From NCBI GenBank assembly GCA_965215015.1, contig OZ244042.1, forward strand, positions 2,496,001 through 2,560,000: a DNA stretch of 64,000 nucleotides, read 5' to 3'. The notes beneath the pieces were generated by a model that worked only from the letters and a program-made list of their open reading frames with translations, did no database searches and was not told the origin of the DNA. The position numbers and the translations under genes were made by a program. Positions 18,791 to 29,037 of this stretch are shown here, in pieces; position 1 is the stretch's first letter; each line of letters begins with the position of its first letter. This DNA is from Candidatus Poribacteria bacterium. GTDB taxonomy: Bacteria > Poribacteria > WGA-4E > PCPOR2b.

Positions 18791-19897
18791 TCAACCGCCG
18801 GGGATGTAAAGGGTTCGATCCACGACAGGTAGCCCCACGCGAGCACCGCCTTGCAAGTGCGAGTGCGCGATACCAAACTGTGCCTCCACCGATTGCATCG
18901 TTACGTCAATATTTCCTGCGGTACGTTCGCCCGTTTCAATCTCGCGGATAATGTTGCGAATCGTGCACACCGTAGGGCTTTCGCCGCTCGGTTTAATAAC
19001 TTTTTCATCAACAGCAGCCCCGCCCTTCGCGCTGCGACGGACGCAGAAAACATCGCCGTTGTCCCATGCGTAGGCGTGTCCTTCAGTGCCGTGTACATCA
19101 ACGCTGAATGGGCCAGATATAGGCAGAAAAATTCCCTCTGTATCGTTCTCATACCCGATTCGGAAAAATCCGACCATGGGATCGGCAATTTCTTCTCCAG
19201 GGGGTGGCACAAAGCAATGCCCGTCTGCATCGTAATCCGGGTACGCGCGTGGACGTTGATTCGCGTCTGCAGCCAATGGCTCACCCCGCTGTACAAGGCG
19301 TCCTTCCACCCAAGTTGGCATTGGATCGCCAAGCAACATGGCTACGAGGTCCAGTGTGTGCGGGTGGTGCTTGATTATGTCAGTATAACTTGACATCACC
19401 GCATAGCGTGGTTCACCGATATCCCCCTGAACAATGGCGTCACGCATCCGAATATAACCGTCATGATGCCGGCGCATTGCTCCCCAATTGAAGGCGACGT
19501 TATTTGCCTTACACGCGGCGGTAATGCGGTCGGCTTCCGCCAGCGAGGCACACAGTCCCTTCTCGGAATATACCCCTCGTACCCCATGCTCTGCCGCGAA
19601 AATAATTGGTTCAGCACGGGCGAATGACGGCGTGGTCACGCTCACGATGTCGGGCTTTTCTCGCTCAATCATCTCGCGATAATCGAGATAAGTGTTGGTA
19701 GTACCGAACCGATCGGTGAACCGTTTCAGACGTTCCGCCCCACGATTAGCAACGGCTACCACCTCAGTTTGCTCAATGGCGGCATAGGCACTGAAGTGGC
19801 CATAAGGGCTTGAAAATTGATTGACAGAGAGCTCATCTTCAATTAAACCGCCCATACGACCTGTGCCAATAATAGCAACACGGTATAAATTCGTCAT
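18791..19897 (-). CDS. Gfo/Idh/MocA oxidoreductase
   Basis: IIGTGRMG, KPDIVSVTTP, YSEKG. Confidence 0.88.
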   Translation of the reverse strand: MTNLYRVAIIGTGRMGGLIEDELSVNQFSSPYGHFSAYAAIEQTEVVAVANRGAERLKRFTDRFGTTNTYLDYREMIEREKPDIVSVTTPSFARAEPIIFAAEHGVRGVYSEKGLCASLAEADRITAACKANNVAFNWGAMRRHHDGYIRMRDAIVQGDIGEPRYAVMSSYTDIIKHHPHTLDLVAMLLGDPMPTWVEGRLVQRGEPLAADANQRPRAYPDYDADGHCFVPPPGEEIADPMVGFFRIGYENDTEGIFLPISGPFSVDVHGTEGHAYAWDNGDVFCVRRSAKGGAAVDEKVIKPSGESPTVCTIRNIIREIETGERTAGNIDVTMQSVEAQFGIAHSHLQGGARVGLPVVDRTLYIPGG

Positions 19898-20260
19898 ATT
19901 CTCTCCTTTTGACAGGCATGAAATTTCTAAATCGAGATACAAACGAAGAAGATACCAAGACACACTCTGACACTTGGCTGATTAAAGTGGCAACTTGCGT
20001 TATTATAGCATAATTGTCGCGGGATAATTCAAAAATAGATTGACACTTTCACCGAATTTTGGGTCGCACGAAAACTTTCCAATCTGGCACAATTAGATTG
20101 TTCCCCCGAAACGCTCCCGATTCCCAAGAAAATCTACAACCAATTATCGCTCACAACCCACCGATTTGTCAATTCGTATCACGCTTGCTAATTATTATTG
20201 AGATATGGTATCCTCATGGTGGCATTATAGCATTTTTCAGAAATGGAGATATCTACCATT

Positions 20261-21277
20261 ATGAAACCTGTTCGTTTGGGATTTATTGGTCTCGGCCATA
20301 TCACTACTCGGTCACACCTGCCGGCACTCGCGCCGTTAGTCGAAGCCGGCGAGGTCACTTTACAAGCATTCTGCGATATCAATGAAGATACTGCGAAAAC
20401 ACAAGCGGCAACCTTTGGTGCACAAGCAATCTACACCGACCACCACGAAATGTTGGAGAAAGAAAACCTTGACGCTGTCTATCTCTGCATTCCGCCGACA
20501 TTCCACACAGACGAAATCCTAACTGCTGCGGGCAAGGGGTTTGCTATCTTTGTCGAAAAACCGCAAACGCTGGATATGGCGCAAGCCGTTCGGTTCGATG
20601 CAGCTATCCAAAAAGCGGGCGTTGTCTCCCAAGTTGGCTTTATGAGCCGTTATTATCCGGCGGCGGAGGAAGTGTGTCGGAGGCTACCAGAACGCACGTT
20701 GCGCCACGCCTTGGTGCAACGTCTCTACAGCGGCAATCCGATCCGCTACTGGACTAGCCGCTTTGAGTTATGCGGTGGTTCGTTTGTTGAGAACACCATC
20801 CACACGGTAGATTTATTGCGGTATTTCTTGGGAGATATCGAGGCAGTATCAGCGTTCTACGTCGAGCGGAGGCCCGGCGAAGGTCCTGAGCCGATGAATA
20901 TGCCGCATGTCTACAACGTCAATTACCGCTTCACTAGCGGTGTCACTGCCAATGTAAGTGTTTCACGGGTGCTGACAAATGTGAGCATTTCACGGCAGAG
21001 TGTTATGCTGGTCAGCGATGATTCGCTGATTGAGTGGTCAGGACAAAAAGTTGTGGAGAATGGTGAGACTGTCTGGGAAATGGCGGAAAATGTTAACCCT
21101 TTTGCCTTGCAAGCGCGAGCATTTGTCAAAGCTGTGCGGTCTGGCGATGCCAGTATGATGCGGAGCTCTTATACAACCAGCATGAATAGTCTAGCAGCAG
21201 TTCTCGGTGCGAATGCATCGGCGGCACAAGGCGGCGAGTTGATTCAACTGGAGGATTTTACTGCCGGCCGCATCTGA
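20261..21277 (+). CDS. Gfo/Idh/MocA oxidoreductase
   Basis: FIGLGHI, LDAVYLCIPP, FVEKP, IHTVD. Confidence 0.9.
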   Translation: MKPVRLGFIGLGHITTRSHLPALAPLVEAGEVTLQAFCDINEDTAKTQAATFGAQAIYTDHHEMLEKENLDAVYLCIPPTFHTDEILTAAGKGFAIFVEKPQTLDMAQAVRFDAAIQKAGVVSQVGFMSRYYPAAEEVCRRLPERTLRHALVQRLYSGNPIRYWTSRFELCGGSFVENTIHTVDLLRYFLGDIEAVSAFYVERRPGEGPEPMNMPHVYNVNYRFTSGVTANVSVSRVLTNVSISRQSVMLVSDDSLIEWSGQKVVENGETVWEMAENVNPFALQARAFVKAVRSGDASMMRSSYTTSMNSLAAVLGANASAAQGGELIQLEDFTAGRI

Positions 21278-21316
21278 TAAAGTACTGCTGGCACTTTAGG
21301 TAGTAGCGTGTGTCAA

Positions 21317-22153
21317 TTACATCTTTTGCTTTTTCTGTGAACCAGCGGGGTGATAGTACGGTTCCAGCAATAGGTGTGACTTAGCGGGGTCAGCGGCGGT
21401 ACGTGCTAGTAAACTGGCTGAAGGTTCGCAGCAGGTCCAGTTGACCATGTACGAAGGACCGTACTGATACGACAACCAAGCGTGCGTTTCATGGGTTGGC
21501 GGTTTGAATGCGTGAGACAAGCTCTCGGTGAATAACACACCCGATCCGGCTTGTAATGGAACACTGCACAGCGGTTGAATTACATCCAGATCCGTATTCT
21601 CATAGGGGTGTGGAAGACTCGCTTTGTGGCTGGCAGGGATAACACAGAACGCCCCATCGCCATCGGCAGTGTCAGCCAATGCAATCAGGCAGGTGATCAT
21701 CAGACAACGGAATTGACCATTTCCAAAGCAACGGTAACGGGCATAACGTCTTGGATCCGCATCACCGCCTTGGGTAAGCCGGCTGAGGCTTCCCGATGCT
21801 CTGAGTATTGCCCGTGAGCCGATGAGACGGTACTGGCGTCCCCAGATGAATTCCTGCACATAATCGCGGACACGGGGGAGTGCCATGGCATCCTCAACCG
21901 CGTCCCCTGCTTCAATTATGTTGACCAATTCGCATCCATGGAAACCCTTCGGCAAAAGCGTGATATTTTTCGGTGCTGCTGTCTTAATTCTTGCTAGCGT
22001 ATCCTGTGCCTGCGAAACTTGGTCCGGAGTCAGAAGATCCTTCAACACTAGATAGCCGGCGGTGTCGAAGAAATGCTTATCTTCAACGGAGGTCTCGGAC
22101 TCACCGAGGCCAATCTGCAAGTCAAAAACATCTTCTTCCGTGGCTGGTTTCAT
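21317..22153 (-). CDS. PhyH-family dioxygenase-like protein (proximal His apparently missing)
   Basis: FDTAGYLVL, DGDGAFCVIPASHK, AGSGVLFTESLSH. Confidence 0.82.
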   Translation of the reverse strand: MKPATEEDVFDLQIGLGESETSVEDKHFFDTAGYLVLKDLLTPDQVSQAQDTLARIKTAAPKNITLLPKGFHGCELVNIIEAGDAVEDAMALPRVRDYVQEFIWGRQYRLIGSRAILRASGSLSRLTQGGDADPRRYARYRCFGNGQFRCLMITCLIALADTADGDGAFCVIPASHKASLPHPYENTDLDVIQPLCSVPLQAGSGVLFTESLSHAFKPPTHETHAWLSYQYGPSYMVNWTCCEPSASLLARTAADPAKSHLLLEPYYHPAGSQKKQKM

Positions 22154-22212
22154 GGAATTCACCTTCCGGTTTCTCAGGAATTATGTCCGCTTCCAATTGA
22201 TCTGTCCCAATA

Positions 22213-23037
22213 TTAGCGAACATCAATTTGGGCTGCATCAGCAAACGGGGGAGGTCCTTGGATAAGTTCAAGGCGGCGTGGGGTGGCACGCTGCTCAAAA
22301 CCCTCCGCTGTCATTGCTAGACCGTGCCAGGTACAGTGAAACGCCGGTGCGTAGGAATAAAACAACGTCCGGCGCACTTTCGATCTATGGTTCTCCACCG
22401 CCCCATGGGATAGGTCTTCGGAGAAGATGATGGCATCGCCTGCCTGACACGGCAGCGGCTGTACAAGTGGGTGGCTGGGATCCGGAATCTGTCCCACAAG
22501 TGGATTGGTGAAGTTACTCTTGTGACTACCGGGGATAACGGCAAAACAGCCATCGTCGACATCAACATCTGTCAAGGCATAGCCGATTTTCACACTCACA
22601 CACTTGAATTCTCCGTGCCGAAAAGCATACTCGCTATAAGGTAATAACTCCGCATAACCGTGATGGAACCGAAATGCTCCTCCGCTATTGCGCGACATGA
22701 AGCTGGCTGCATCGAGTCGACTCGGTTCGCCAATCATCTCCTCAATATAGTGAAGCGTCTGCGGCAAATCAATGAGCTCTTCAAAGGGACCGCCATAGCG
22801 GAGCACCTCACAGTCATAATCCCCCAAGGCGCCCTCCGGCGGGGCACCTGTCTGGGCGTAGACGTTATCCGAGTCGCGATATTTCCTTTCAGCCCCCAAG
22901 ACTGCTGTTTGACTATCATTGAGCGTTTCGAGGTAATCTATCGTGTCATTAAGGCGGCGACGCATATCGGGGGACAGCACCTCTCGCACTACCAAGTATC
23001 CGTGCAGGTCAAACAGGTATCTTTCTTCCGGGGTCAT
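22213..23037 (-). CDS. PhyH-family dioxygenase
   Basis: YLFDLHGYLVV, FHHG, GCFAVIPGSHKSN, AGDAIIFSEDLSHG, RRTLFY. Confidence 0.9.
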   Translation of the reverse strand: MTPEERYLFDLHGYLVVREVLSPDMRRRLNDTIDYLETLNDSQTAVLGAERKYRDSDNVYAQTGAPPEGALGDYDCEVLRYGGPFEELIDLPQTLHYIEEMIGEPSRLDAASFMSRNSGGAFRFHHGYAELLPYSEYAFRHGEFKCVSVKIGYALTDVDVDDGCFAVIPGSHKSNFTNPLVGQIPDPSHPLVQPLPCQAGDAIIFSEDLSHGAVENHRSKVRRTLFYSYAPAFHCTWHGLAMTAEGFEQRATPRRLELIQGPPPFADAAQIDVR

Positions 23038-23095
23038 GTAGTATGCTCCTATATTTAGGTTGGCTCCGTTGGAATGTGATAGTATCGGAGACATT

Positions 23096-23365
23096 TTAGT
23101 CTGTCTCATCGAAGCCACTTTCAATTAATTTCGATAGTGCTTCAACAGCCTCTTCTTCATCCGGTCCATCTGCCCTAATCATAAGTTGAGTACCGCGGCT
23201 AGCCGCTAACATCATGATGCCCATGATACTTTTTGCGTTTACTTTCATCAACCCTTTTTGGATATAGATATTGCAAGAGAACTGATTCGCCTCTTGGGAC
23301 AGCACGCCGGCAGGACGGGCGTGCAAACCGAGCGCATTGCGAATTGTTACCAACTGTTCAACCAT
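23096..23365 (-). CDS. ptsH: Phosphocarrier protein HPr
   Basis: GLHARPA and NAKSIMGIMML motifs. Confidence 0.95.
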   Translation of the reverse strand: MVEQLVTIRNALGLHARPAGVLSQEANQFSCNIYIQKGLMKVNAKSIMGIMMLAASRGTQLMIRADGPDEEEAVEALSKLIESGFDETD

Positions 23366-23400
23366 AGCTATCTCCCTTATCAGCTGATGAAAGTTGAACG

Positions 23401-24420
23401 TTAAATTATTCTCGACTTCGTTGGCTTCAAAATTTCGCGATGAAGAGTTGTATGCTGCCATTCGTCGATCACCGCTTCATCGTTCTGCTCTACCATTTCT
23501 GCAATGAGGGTTTCATTTAGCTCTCTCGCCGCGTGAAAGCCCAATTTTCGCCCCCAGAGATTCATTGCTGCAGCTTCGATCAGGTTTGAGATATTTCGCC
23601 CGGGTGCCACAGGGATGACAACGTATGGTATCTTTTCGTTGTGGAAGCTGTAGACCTCCTCATCAAATCCCGTTCGATCGTACACTTTGGCTTCATCCCA
23701 AAGCTCAAGTGTCACGACCAGTTCAACTTGGGTGCGATCACCGACCGCAGTGACTCCAAAGAGGCCAATTACATCAATAATCCCTAATCCCCGGACCTCC
23801 ATATAGTGTTTCAACGGTTGGGCGCGCATCCCGAAAACACGGTGGCCCGATACACGTTTCAAAAGTACAGTATCGTCAGCAATGAGACGATGGCCTCTTT
23901 GCAAGAGCTCCAAGGCGCATTCACTTTTGCCAATTCCACTTTCGCCGAGGATCAAGACGCCGACCCCGAACACATCAACCAAGTTGCCATGAACATGCTC
24001 CGATGGCCCAAATTCATCTTCGAGGAATAGTAACAGTCGCGTTGTGAAAACGGCAGATGATAGCCGAGTCGCCAAGATGGGTATATTTACATGATTGCTA
24101 ATAGCGACAAGTTCTGAAGGGATTGGCAGATTATTTGTAACGACCACGCATGGGAGAGTGTACGAGAAGAATTTCTGTAAGATTTGAGTTCGTTCTGACG
24201 GAGGAAGGTTCTCTATATATGCCATCTCGCCATGCCCTAAAATCTGAATCCGTTCATGCCCAAAGTAATCATAATGTCCACACAAAGCAAGCCCTGGACG
24301 GTTCGACTCCGCTGTTTTAAGCGCACGATCTAGTCCATCATGACCAGCTGTGACCTCAAGTTGTAATTCGTAGCCGGCATATTTGATTAACTGACAAACC
24401 GTCATTATGTGGTCTAGCAT
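23401..24420 (-). CDS. hprK: HPr(Ser) kinase/phosphorylase
   Basis: NRPGLAL, GESGIGKSECALEL, RGHRLIADD, EVRGLGII. Confidence 0.96.
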   Translation of the reverse strand: MLDHIMTVCQLIKYAGYELQLEVTAGHDGLDRALKTAESNRPGLALCGHYDYFGHERIQILGHGEMAYIENLPPSERTQILQKFFSYTLPCVVVTNNLPIPSELVAISNHVNIPILATRLSSAVFTTRLLLFLEDEFGPSEHVHGNLVDVFGVGVLILGESGIGKSECALELLQRGHRLIADDTVLLKRVSGHRVFGMRAQPLKHYMEVRGLGIIDVIGLFGVTAVGDRTQVELVVTLELWDEAKVYDRTGFDEEVYSFHNEKIPYVVIPVAPGRNISNLIEAAAMNLWGRKLGFHAARELNETLIAEMVEQNDEAVIDEWQHTTLHREILKPTKSRII

Positions 24421-24622
24421 TCGACTGTTCCTTTGGTAGATTAGCCTCAGTTTTTCTTATCAGTGTGACAGCTTAGGGTACTATTTACTTGCGATTCAAG
24501 TGAAGGGAAGGAGCACTCAATGGATTGGGACAGGCTATACTCGGAGGAGAATCGGAGCGAACGTATATAGCTTGATAAGATTTGGACCCTCCGTCAACGG
24601 AGAGCATCATCCCTGAAGAACC

Positions 24623-25192
24623 CTAAACAAATTGAGGTTCGACCCATCCATACTCACCGTTATCATCTTCGTATACGAGGTTGACTTGATTCGTCCGCGC
24701 GTTTAAGAAAAGCAACAATACATCTCCAGAGGTCCGAAGCTGCATCACAGCCTCACCCACGCTCATCGGCTTGGAGGCGAATTTTTCGGGGGCCTTGAAG
24801 TGAGGCACCGGCATATTTGATAGATCACCTGTATCCAATTCCACCGGTGCGCCTTCCTTATTACCGCTTAATTGCATCGCAACCTCACGCCGAGGCAGAC
24901 GCTGTCGCCGATCCTTAATTCTCTCTTTATGGCGGCGAATCTGTGTCTCAATTTTGTCTATTACATCGTCTAGCGATGAGAAAACATCGTGCGTTTCACC
25001 TTGGGCATGGAAGGTCGCTTTCCGTGTTGCAAGCATAATTTCCACTTGGTGGCGGTTTTTCTCCACCTCCATAACCACCTGAAAATCGATAACAGGGCTA
25101 AAAATCGTTTCAATCTTCTTAGCACGTTTCTCAATGTAAGTTCGAATATCATCTGTAATTTCAAAGTGACGGCTAGTAAGATGGATATGCAT
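24623..25192 (-). CDS. hpf: Ribosome hibernation promoting factor (long HPF)
   Basis: RHFEITDDIRTY, QIRRHKERI, KPMSVGEAVMQL; downstream of rpoN. Confidence 0.93.
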   Translation of the reverse strand: MHIHLTSRHFEITDDIRTYIEKRAKKIETIFSPVIDFQVVMEVEKNRHQVEIMLATRKATFHAQGETHDVFSSLDDVIDKIETQIRRHKERIKDRRQRLPRREVAMQLSGNKEGAPVELDTGDLSNMPVPHFKAPEKFASKPMSVGEAVMQLRTSGDVLLLFLNARTNQVNLVYEDDNGEYGWVEPQFV

Positions 25193-25270
25193 ACCTTAGA
25201 CTCCCTTTTTTGAATTAATGCTGCATTGGCAACTGCCGATTCATTACCAATCGACAAGTCGTTAATTACC

Positions 25271-26974
25271 CTACCATTTCCTTTTCCTTTTGGGAGAGGG
25301 TAGAATATCAAGCTCCTCACGGTATTTGGCAACAGTTCGTCTTGCCGTATGAATTCCCTGCGCTTCCAGCGCATCAGAGATTGCCTTATCGCTTAACGGT
25401 TTGGCTGTATCCTCATTTTCAATCATATTCTTAATCTTTTCTTTGACTGTGGTTGCAGCCACATTTGATCCGGAATCGGTCGCGAGCTCACCGCTGAAGA
25501 AATATTTCAGTCTATAGATACCTCGGGGCGTTTCGACGTACTTATTCGACGTGACCCGGCTGACGGTTGACTCATGGACATCCACCATCTCTGCTATCTG
25601 CTTCAATACTAAAGGTTTAAGTCCCTCAACACCCTGTTCCAAGAAATCGGACTGTACTTTAAAAATTGCGTCTGTTACCCTTGCAATCGTTTGTCGACGC
25701 TGAACAATACTTTGTAACAAATCTCTTGCCTGAGTTCTATGAACCTCTAGCCACTCCCTCGTTTTGGGTTCTAAGTTCTTGTTCCCATTCATCATCCAAT
25801 CGATATAGACGGGATTCAAACGAAGTCGAGGCATACCGTCCTCATTTGTAGTGATTCGGTATTCTCCATCAATTTTTTCAACGGTGACATCGGGCACAAT
25901 CGTTTCGGGAGCTCTGGGATCTCTTGGATCCGAAAAGTGGCGCCCCGGATAGGGATCCAAAGTCCCAATTAGTTCCCGTGCTTCTACAATCTCACTGATT
26001 GGCACCTCAAGCCCCTGGGCGATACGCTGCAGATGATTGTTCGTTAAATCCGCCCAATGGTGCTTGATAATCTCTTCTGCAAGTGGACAATCAATGTGAG
26101 CAGCTCTCATCTGTGTGAGAAGAGTTTCTGGGATTGTTCGGTAGGCAATACCGATGGGCTCAAAATGGTTTTGAATGAAGTGCAAGGCAGCCTCTACCTC
26201 CTCCACGTCACAACCGACGGAGGCTGCAATATCTTCGAGGGTGATGCTATAGATTTGTAGCTGATCCTCTTCCGCTCTGACTGTGTAGGTCTGTTCATAC
26301 TCCACATCGGTTATCAGCCAACAGCTATTTTCCGATTTCACAGCAACCGTCGCATTTTGAGACACCGAAATTTCGTCATTTTCAAGTGCCTTACGCAGCC
26401 CTTTTTCAATCGCTTTTCGTAGGGTTTCTGAGAGTATCCCATTGTCTAAATCACTTTGGAACGAGAGATATATGCCAAACAGGGGGACAGTCCACAACCG
26501 CCCATTATCATCGAGATTACCAATAATCTGCTCACCAATTCTCCGTTCCATTTCCGAAAAAGGAGCAACACTGAGTTGTTCTATCAGAAAATCATGCAGC
26601 GACTGGAAGTAAGCAATATCCGCGGGACGCCGGTCCTCGTTGTTATCCCAATGTTCAAACTCCCCGCTCTCACCCCGATGGAAAGAATCATCCAGAAAAT
26701 CCTTCCAATCAAAATCTGGTTCCTTATCCTCACGGTCAATAATCTCTTCAGGTTCGTTCCATTGGGTGTCTGGATCGAGGCCTTCTAAATCGGTAATTTC
26801 TTCAATCTCATCATCCTGTATTTCCTCTAAGAGCGGATTTTGCTCCAATTGCTGACTCAAATGTTGTGTCAGATCCAACCGTGACATCAGAAGTACCTGA
26901 ATCGCTTCCTGTAATTTGGGCGTCATGACCAGCCGGTGGCGTAAGTTCGCACTGTATCTCATTCCAACGTTCAT
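25271..26974 (-). CDS. rpoN: RNA polymerase sigma-54 factor with an ~80-aa insertion
   Basis: MTPKLQEAI, IIGNLDDNG, HESTVSRVT, RpoN box ARRTVAKYRE. Confidence 0.96.
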   Translation of the reverse strand: MNVGMRYSANLRHRLVMTPKLQEAIQVLLMSRLDLTQHLSQQLEQNPLLEEIQDDEIEEITDLEGLDPDTQWNEPEEIIDREDKEPDFDWKDFLDDSFHRGESGEFEHWDNNEDRRPADIAYFQSLHDFLIEQLSVAPFSEMERRIGEQIIGNLDDNGRLWTVPLFGIYLSFQSDLDNGILSETLRKAIEKGLRKALENDEISVSQNATVAVKSENSCWLITDVEYEQTYTVRAEEDQLQIYSITLEDIAASVGCDVEEVEAALHFIQNHFEPIGIAYRTIPETLLTQMRAAHIDCPLAEEIIKHHWADLTNNHLQRIAQGLEVPISEIVEARELIGTLDPYPGRHFSDPRDPRAPETIVPDVTVEKIDGEYRITTNEDGMPRLRLNPVYIDWMMNGNKNLEPKTREWLEVHRTQARDLLQSIVQRRQTIARVTDAIFKVQSDFLEQGVEGLKPLVLKQIAEMVDVHESTVSRVTSNKYVETPRGIYRLKYFFSGELATDSGSNVAATTVKEKIKNMIENEDTAKPLSDKAISDALEAQGIHTARRTVAKYREELDILPSPKRKRKW

Positions 26975-27115
26975 GACTTAATCTCCTCAAATAATTGCGT
27001 AGGTTCTGGATTTGCTAAAGCCTCTTCAGGTCCTCACAAAACTTTATTATGATCGCTCGATTTTAGGTGCCCGTAACTAGTGAGCACCATCCGATATCCC
27101 TATTCCAAATAGAGA

Positions 27116-27859
27116 CTATATCCGAGATCGCCACAATTCAAAATTATGCCCCAAATACTGCTCCCTAGCGATTTCACTTTCAACAAGTGTTTCAGGCGTG
27201 CCGCTTAACGTGATTTTCCCATCGGTAATTAAATAAGCACGGTCAACGATTCCTAGCATTTCCGCAGCATTGTGGTCTGTGATTAACACGCCCAGATTTC
27301 GCTCGCGTAAGTGTAGGATGAGCTGCTTAATATCTTGCACCGCAATTGGATCTATGCCCGAAAATGGCTCATCCAACAAAATAAAAGACGGAGATGCTGC
27401 CAAGGCTCTTGCGATTTCAGCGCGACGACATTCCCCACCCGAAAGAGTATATGCCTTACGATTTGCCAATTCAGAAATGCCAAGCTCTTCCATCAGTTGT
27501 TCACTTTGTTGTTCACGCTCGCTTTTCGGAATATCACGCACTTCTAAAATGGCTTCGATGTTTTGCTTGACCGTCAGTTTCCGAAAGATAGAGGTTTCTT
27601 GAGCGAGATAACCGATACCCCGTCGTGCGCGTTTATACATCGGCAAAAATGTGATGTCTTCATTGTCATAAATGATTTGCCCTGCATTGGGGCGAATCAA
27701 CCCGACAACCATATAAAATGTCGTGGACTTTCCCGCACCGTTTGGTCCCAGCAAGCCGACAATCTCACCTGTCTGCACTTCAAGGCTGACTCGGTCTACA
27801 ACAATGGGTCCACGTCTTGTATAACTTTTAACAAGTTCATGGGTTTGAAGGAGTGCCAC
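27116..27859 (-). CDS. lptB: LPS export ABC ATPase LptB
   Basis: GPNGAGKSTTFYM, GIGYLAQETSIFRKL, LITDHN. Confidence 0.96.
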   Translation of the reverse strand: MALLQTHELVKSYTRRGPIVVDRVSLEVQTGEIVGLLGPNGAGKSTTFYMVVGLIRPNAGQIIYDNEDITFLPMYKRARRGIGYLAQETSIFRKLTVKQNIEAILEVRDIPKSEREQQSEQLMEELGISELANRKAYTLSGGECRRAEIARALAASPSFILLDEPFSGIDPIAVQDIKQLILHLRERNLGVLITDHNAAEMLGIVDRAYLITDGKITLSGTPETLVESEIAREQYLGHNFELWRSRI

Positions 27860-28466
27860 TGTTTTCTTCCTCCTCTCCCTCTCCTTCCTGCGAATCTGAT
27901 TCTGGCTCCTCTTTGGATTTTACGCGAAACCGAACCTTTATGTTTCCCTCTCCGGAACGTTCCCCGGTACGACGATTATATGTGAAAGTATCTGCTTCCA
28001 GTCGATCTTCATTTTGGAGAACGATGACATCATCGCGAAATTTTATAATATCAGTGAGGTGGTTCAAGACCGCGTGTGCACAAGTGACAAAAATATCCCC
28101 ATCCCGAAGCTCGACGTTCCCTTCTGCAACGGTTTTGACGGTTTCATTCGTTTTAACATTTTCATGAATAGTCACTTTATCAGCGTTCAGGAAGCCATCA
28201 GGTCTTTCGATTTGAACGCTACCAGTAAAAATAGTCACCCCTTCTTTTTCACGTTGCTCAAAGCGGTCTGCATGTTTGACATCAATCACATCTTCATCTG
28301 CAACCGTTTCATCGCCCATTGCCTCTGGTTGAAAGGAAGCTGCTTCTTGTTCATCGACTGGGAACGCACGACTGTTAAGTAACAAAACGCTAAAGAGTAT
28401 ACAAACTGTGCAAAGCAAAACCACAGGGAGGCTAGGTATTGTTGTAAAATTAATTCTCAGTTGCAT
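27837..28466 (-). CDS. lptA: LptA/OstA family protein
   Basis: Beta-jellyroll pattern (IFTGSVQI, LNADKV, AEGNV); lies between lptC and lptB. Confidence 0.8.
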   Translation of the reverse strand: MQLRINFTTIPSLPVVLLCTVCILFSVLLLNSRAFPVDEQEAASFQPEAMGDETVADEDVIDVKHADRFEQREKEGVTIFTGSVQIERPDGFLNADKVTIHENVKTNETVKTVAEGNVELRDGDIFVTCAHAVLNHLTDIIKFRDDVIVLQNEDRLEADTFTYNRRTGERSGEGNIKVRFRVKSKEEPESDSQEGEGEEEENSGTPSNP

Positions 28467-29037
28467 CAAATTTCTCATCCTTTGGATAAATTTTAGATCG
28501 AACATCTTTCATAATAACAATTTCAAGTGCCGGATCGCCTTCCATTTCTCTGCCGACCATTGTTGAGTCTCCCCGCACAATCGTGGAGATATTCGGTGCG
28601 TACAATTTACCATCACTATCTTGCCAGTGAAGTTCATCGGTGTATAATTGCCCGTCTTGACTCTTTCCAACAACATTCTCAAAAATATGAATATCATTAC
28701 TCGACTCGATGATCTCGCCCCGATCCCCTATTATCGTTATTCCCCACTTGCCATCTTTAAAGAGTTGGACTGTTGGGTTTTGAAGCTCCACAATCTCTTT
28801 CAAAAATGTCGCTTTATTGGCAACAAGCGTCCACCGCACGATACCCCCTTCTGTGTGTTTAGTTGAGAAGGCATACAGTATCTGTTGCGGGTTTTCTTGG
28901 ACCGGTTGTGTCGGTTCTTCGTCTGTCTTATCGCAGCCAATAGTAAACAGGTTCAAAACTACCAAAAGGAGATATGCGTGGAACATGAGACCCAAGCCTA
29001 TATGCCGGTTATTTAGGTTGTGTTTTCCAGCGTTCAT
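28450..29037 (-). CDS. lptC: LPS export protein LptC
   Basis: WTLVANKA, LYTDELHW motifs; lipobox TIGC; operon context. Confidence 0.8.
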   Translation of the reverse strand: MNAGKHNLNNRHIGLGLMFHAYLLLVVLNLFTIGCDKTDEEPTQPVQENPQQILYAFSTKHTEGGIVRWTLVANKATFLKEIVELQNPTVQLFKDGKWGITIIGDRGEIIESSNDIHIFENVVGKSQDGQLYTDELHWQDSDGKLYAPNISTIVRGDSTMVGREMEGDPALEIVIMKDVRSKIYPKDEKFDATEN

